Part shown: one piece after another, positions 37,720 to 38,955 of the stretch
Numbering within the stretch: the stretch's first letter is position 1
Layout of the letters: every line of letters begins with the position of its first letter
Source: a virus
Lineage: Duplodnaviria; Heunggongvirae; Uroviricota; Caudoviricetes
Virus record (IMG/VR): IMGVR_UViG_2939127364_000004
DNA: 38,955 bases
Reading direction: 5' to 3' (one strand)
The notes under the pieces: generated by a model
Seen by the model: the letters and a program-made list of their open reading frames with translations, nothing else
Told to the model about the DNA's origin: nothing
Databases searched by the model: none
Position numbers and translations under genes: made by a program

Positions 37720-38955
37720 ATGTCTAAATTACCAACAGGTGTCGAGATTAGAGGTAGATACATTCGCATCTGGTTCATGTTTCGAGGAAAACGATGTCGG
37801 GAAACATTAAAAGGCTGGGAGATTACAAACAGTAATATTAAAAAGGCCGGAAATTTAAGAGCGCTGATAGTTCATGAAATAAACTCCGGTGAATTTGAGT
37901 ATTTAAGACGTTTTCCCCAGTCCAGCACTGGGGCAAAAATGGTGACAACGAGAGTCATAAAAACGTTCGGAGAGCTTTGTGATATCTGGACAAAAATTAA
38001 AGAGACAGAGTTAACAACAAACACAATGAAGAAAACGAAATCACAATTAAAAACACTCAGAATAATAATTTGTGAAAGTACCCCGATATCACATATTCGT
38101 TATAGCGATATCTTAAACTACCGGAATGAACTGCTGCATGGAGAAACGCTTTACCTGGATAATCCAAGATCCAACAAAAAAGGAAGAACCGTGCGCACAG
38201 TTGATAACTATATCGCCCTGCTCTGTTCGCTGTTGCGTTTTGCGTATCAGTCGGGATTTATATCAACCAAACCATTTGAAGGAGTAAAAAAATTACAGCG
38301 AAACAGAATAAAGCCTGATCCGTTATCTAAAACAGAATTCAATGCATTAATGGAAAGTGAAAAAGGACAGAGCCAGAACTTGTGGAAATTTGCCGTTTAC
38401 TCAGGACTTCGTCACGGGGAACTGGCAGCTCTGGCGTGGGAGGATGTGGATCTCGAAAAGGGAATAGTGAATGTCAGAAGAAACCTGACGATACTTGATA
38501 TGTTCGGTCCCCCAAAAACAAATGCCGGGATCCGAACAGTAACACTACTGCAGCCTGCTCTTGAAGCACTGAAGGAGCAATACAAACTGACCGGGCATCA
38601 TCGCAAAAGCGAAATCACCTTTTATCATCGGGAGTACGGCAGAACCGAAAAGCAAAAACTGCATTTTGTTTTCATGCCCAGGGTGTGTAACGGAAAACAA
38701 AAACCTTATTACTCGGTAAGCAGTTTGGGGGCAAGGTGGAATGCAGCAGTAAAACGTGCTGGTATTCGCCGCCGTAATCCGTACCATACGCGGCATACTT
38801 TTGCCTGCTGGCTGTTGACGGCAGGAGCGAACCCGGCATTTATAGCCAGCCAAATGGGGCATGAAACTGCGCAGATGGTGTATGAAATTTACGGTATGTG
38901 GATTGATGACATGAACGACGAACAGATAGCCATGTTGAATGCGCGGTTATCGTAG
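37720..38955 (+). CDS. intR: Tyrosine site-specific integrase (411 aa)
   Basis: C-terminal catalytic motifs (R...HTRHTFA...Y region: NPYHTRHTFACWLLTAGANPAFIASQMGHETAQMVYEIYGMW); terminal gene of the prophage. Confidence 0.9.
   Translation: MSKLPTGVEIRGRYIRIWFMFRGKRCRETLKGWEITNSNIKKAGNLRALIVHEINSGEFEYLRRFPQSSTGAKMVTTRVIKTFGELCDIWTKIKETELTTNTMKKTKSQLKTLRIIICESTPISHIRYSDILNYRNELLHGETLYLDNPRSNKKGRTVRTVDNYIALLCSLLRFAYQSGFISTKPFEGVKKLQRNRIKPDPLSKTEFNALMESEKGQSQNLWKFAVYSGLRHGELAALAWEDVDLEKGIVNVRRNLTILDMFGPPKTNAGIRTVTLLQPALEALKEQYKLTGHHRKSEITFYHREYGRTEKQKLHFVFMPRVCNGKQKPYYSVSSLGARWNAAVKRAGIRRRNPYHTRHTFACWLLTAGANPAFIASQMGHETAQMVYEIYGMWIDDMNDEQIAMLNARLS

Overview
The window reads as one Rac-family lambdoid prophage of an E. 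coli-type host, shown in reverse orientation and cut at gene boundaries (ynaE ATG at base 1, integrase stop at 38955). Right arm (+ strand, 30.8-39.0 kb): cI-like repressor, OL, ydaG/ydaF, sieB, kilR, ydaE, racC, recE (866 aa), recT, ralR, ydaC, xis, int. Left arm (- strand, 30.7 kb down to 1.1 kb): Cro-like ydaS, ydaT, O-like initiator with iterons, a 140-aa protein, then about 8 kb of non-phage cargo (BetT-like BCCT transporter, DUF2254 membrane protein, convergent MFS-ChaC-LysR operon, hokD), Nin-type genes, Q-like antiterminator, a late leader carrying two TolA-domain-III lipoprotein genes and full IS5 and IS2 copies with target-site duplications, S21-type holin, SAR endolysin, Rz/Rz1, the trkG moron, a ParB-like nuclease / GT-A-like transferase / small HTH protein trio, terminase, portal, head-morphogenesis, scaffold and coat genes. 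The tail and tail-fibre module is absent: the head operon ends in a 109-bp segment bounded by inverted IS5 terminal repeats that also truncates the convergent pin invertase gene. The prophage therefore looks cryptic (no tail, IS-disrupted late leader, no helicase-loader gene) but keeps many accessory genes. Most novel-looking are the ParB/GT-A pair beside the terminase, the paired TolA-III lipoproteins, and the cargo block. Gene names follow recollection of E. coli K-12 Rac/Qin annotation and protein-family motifs; no database search was run.
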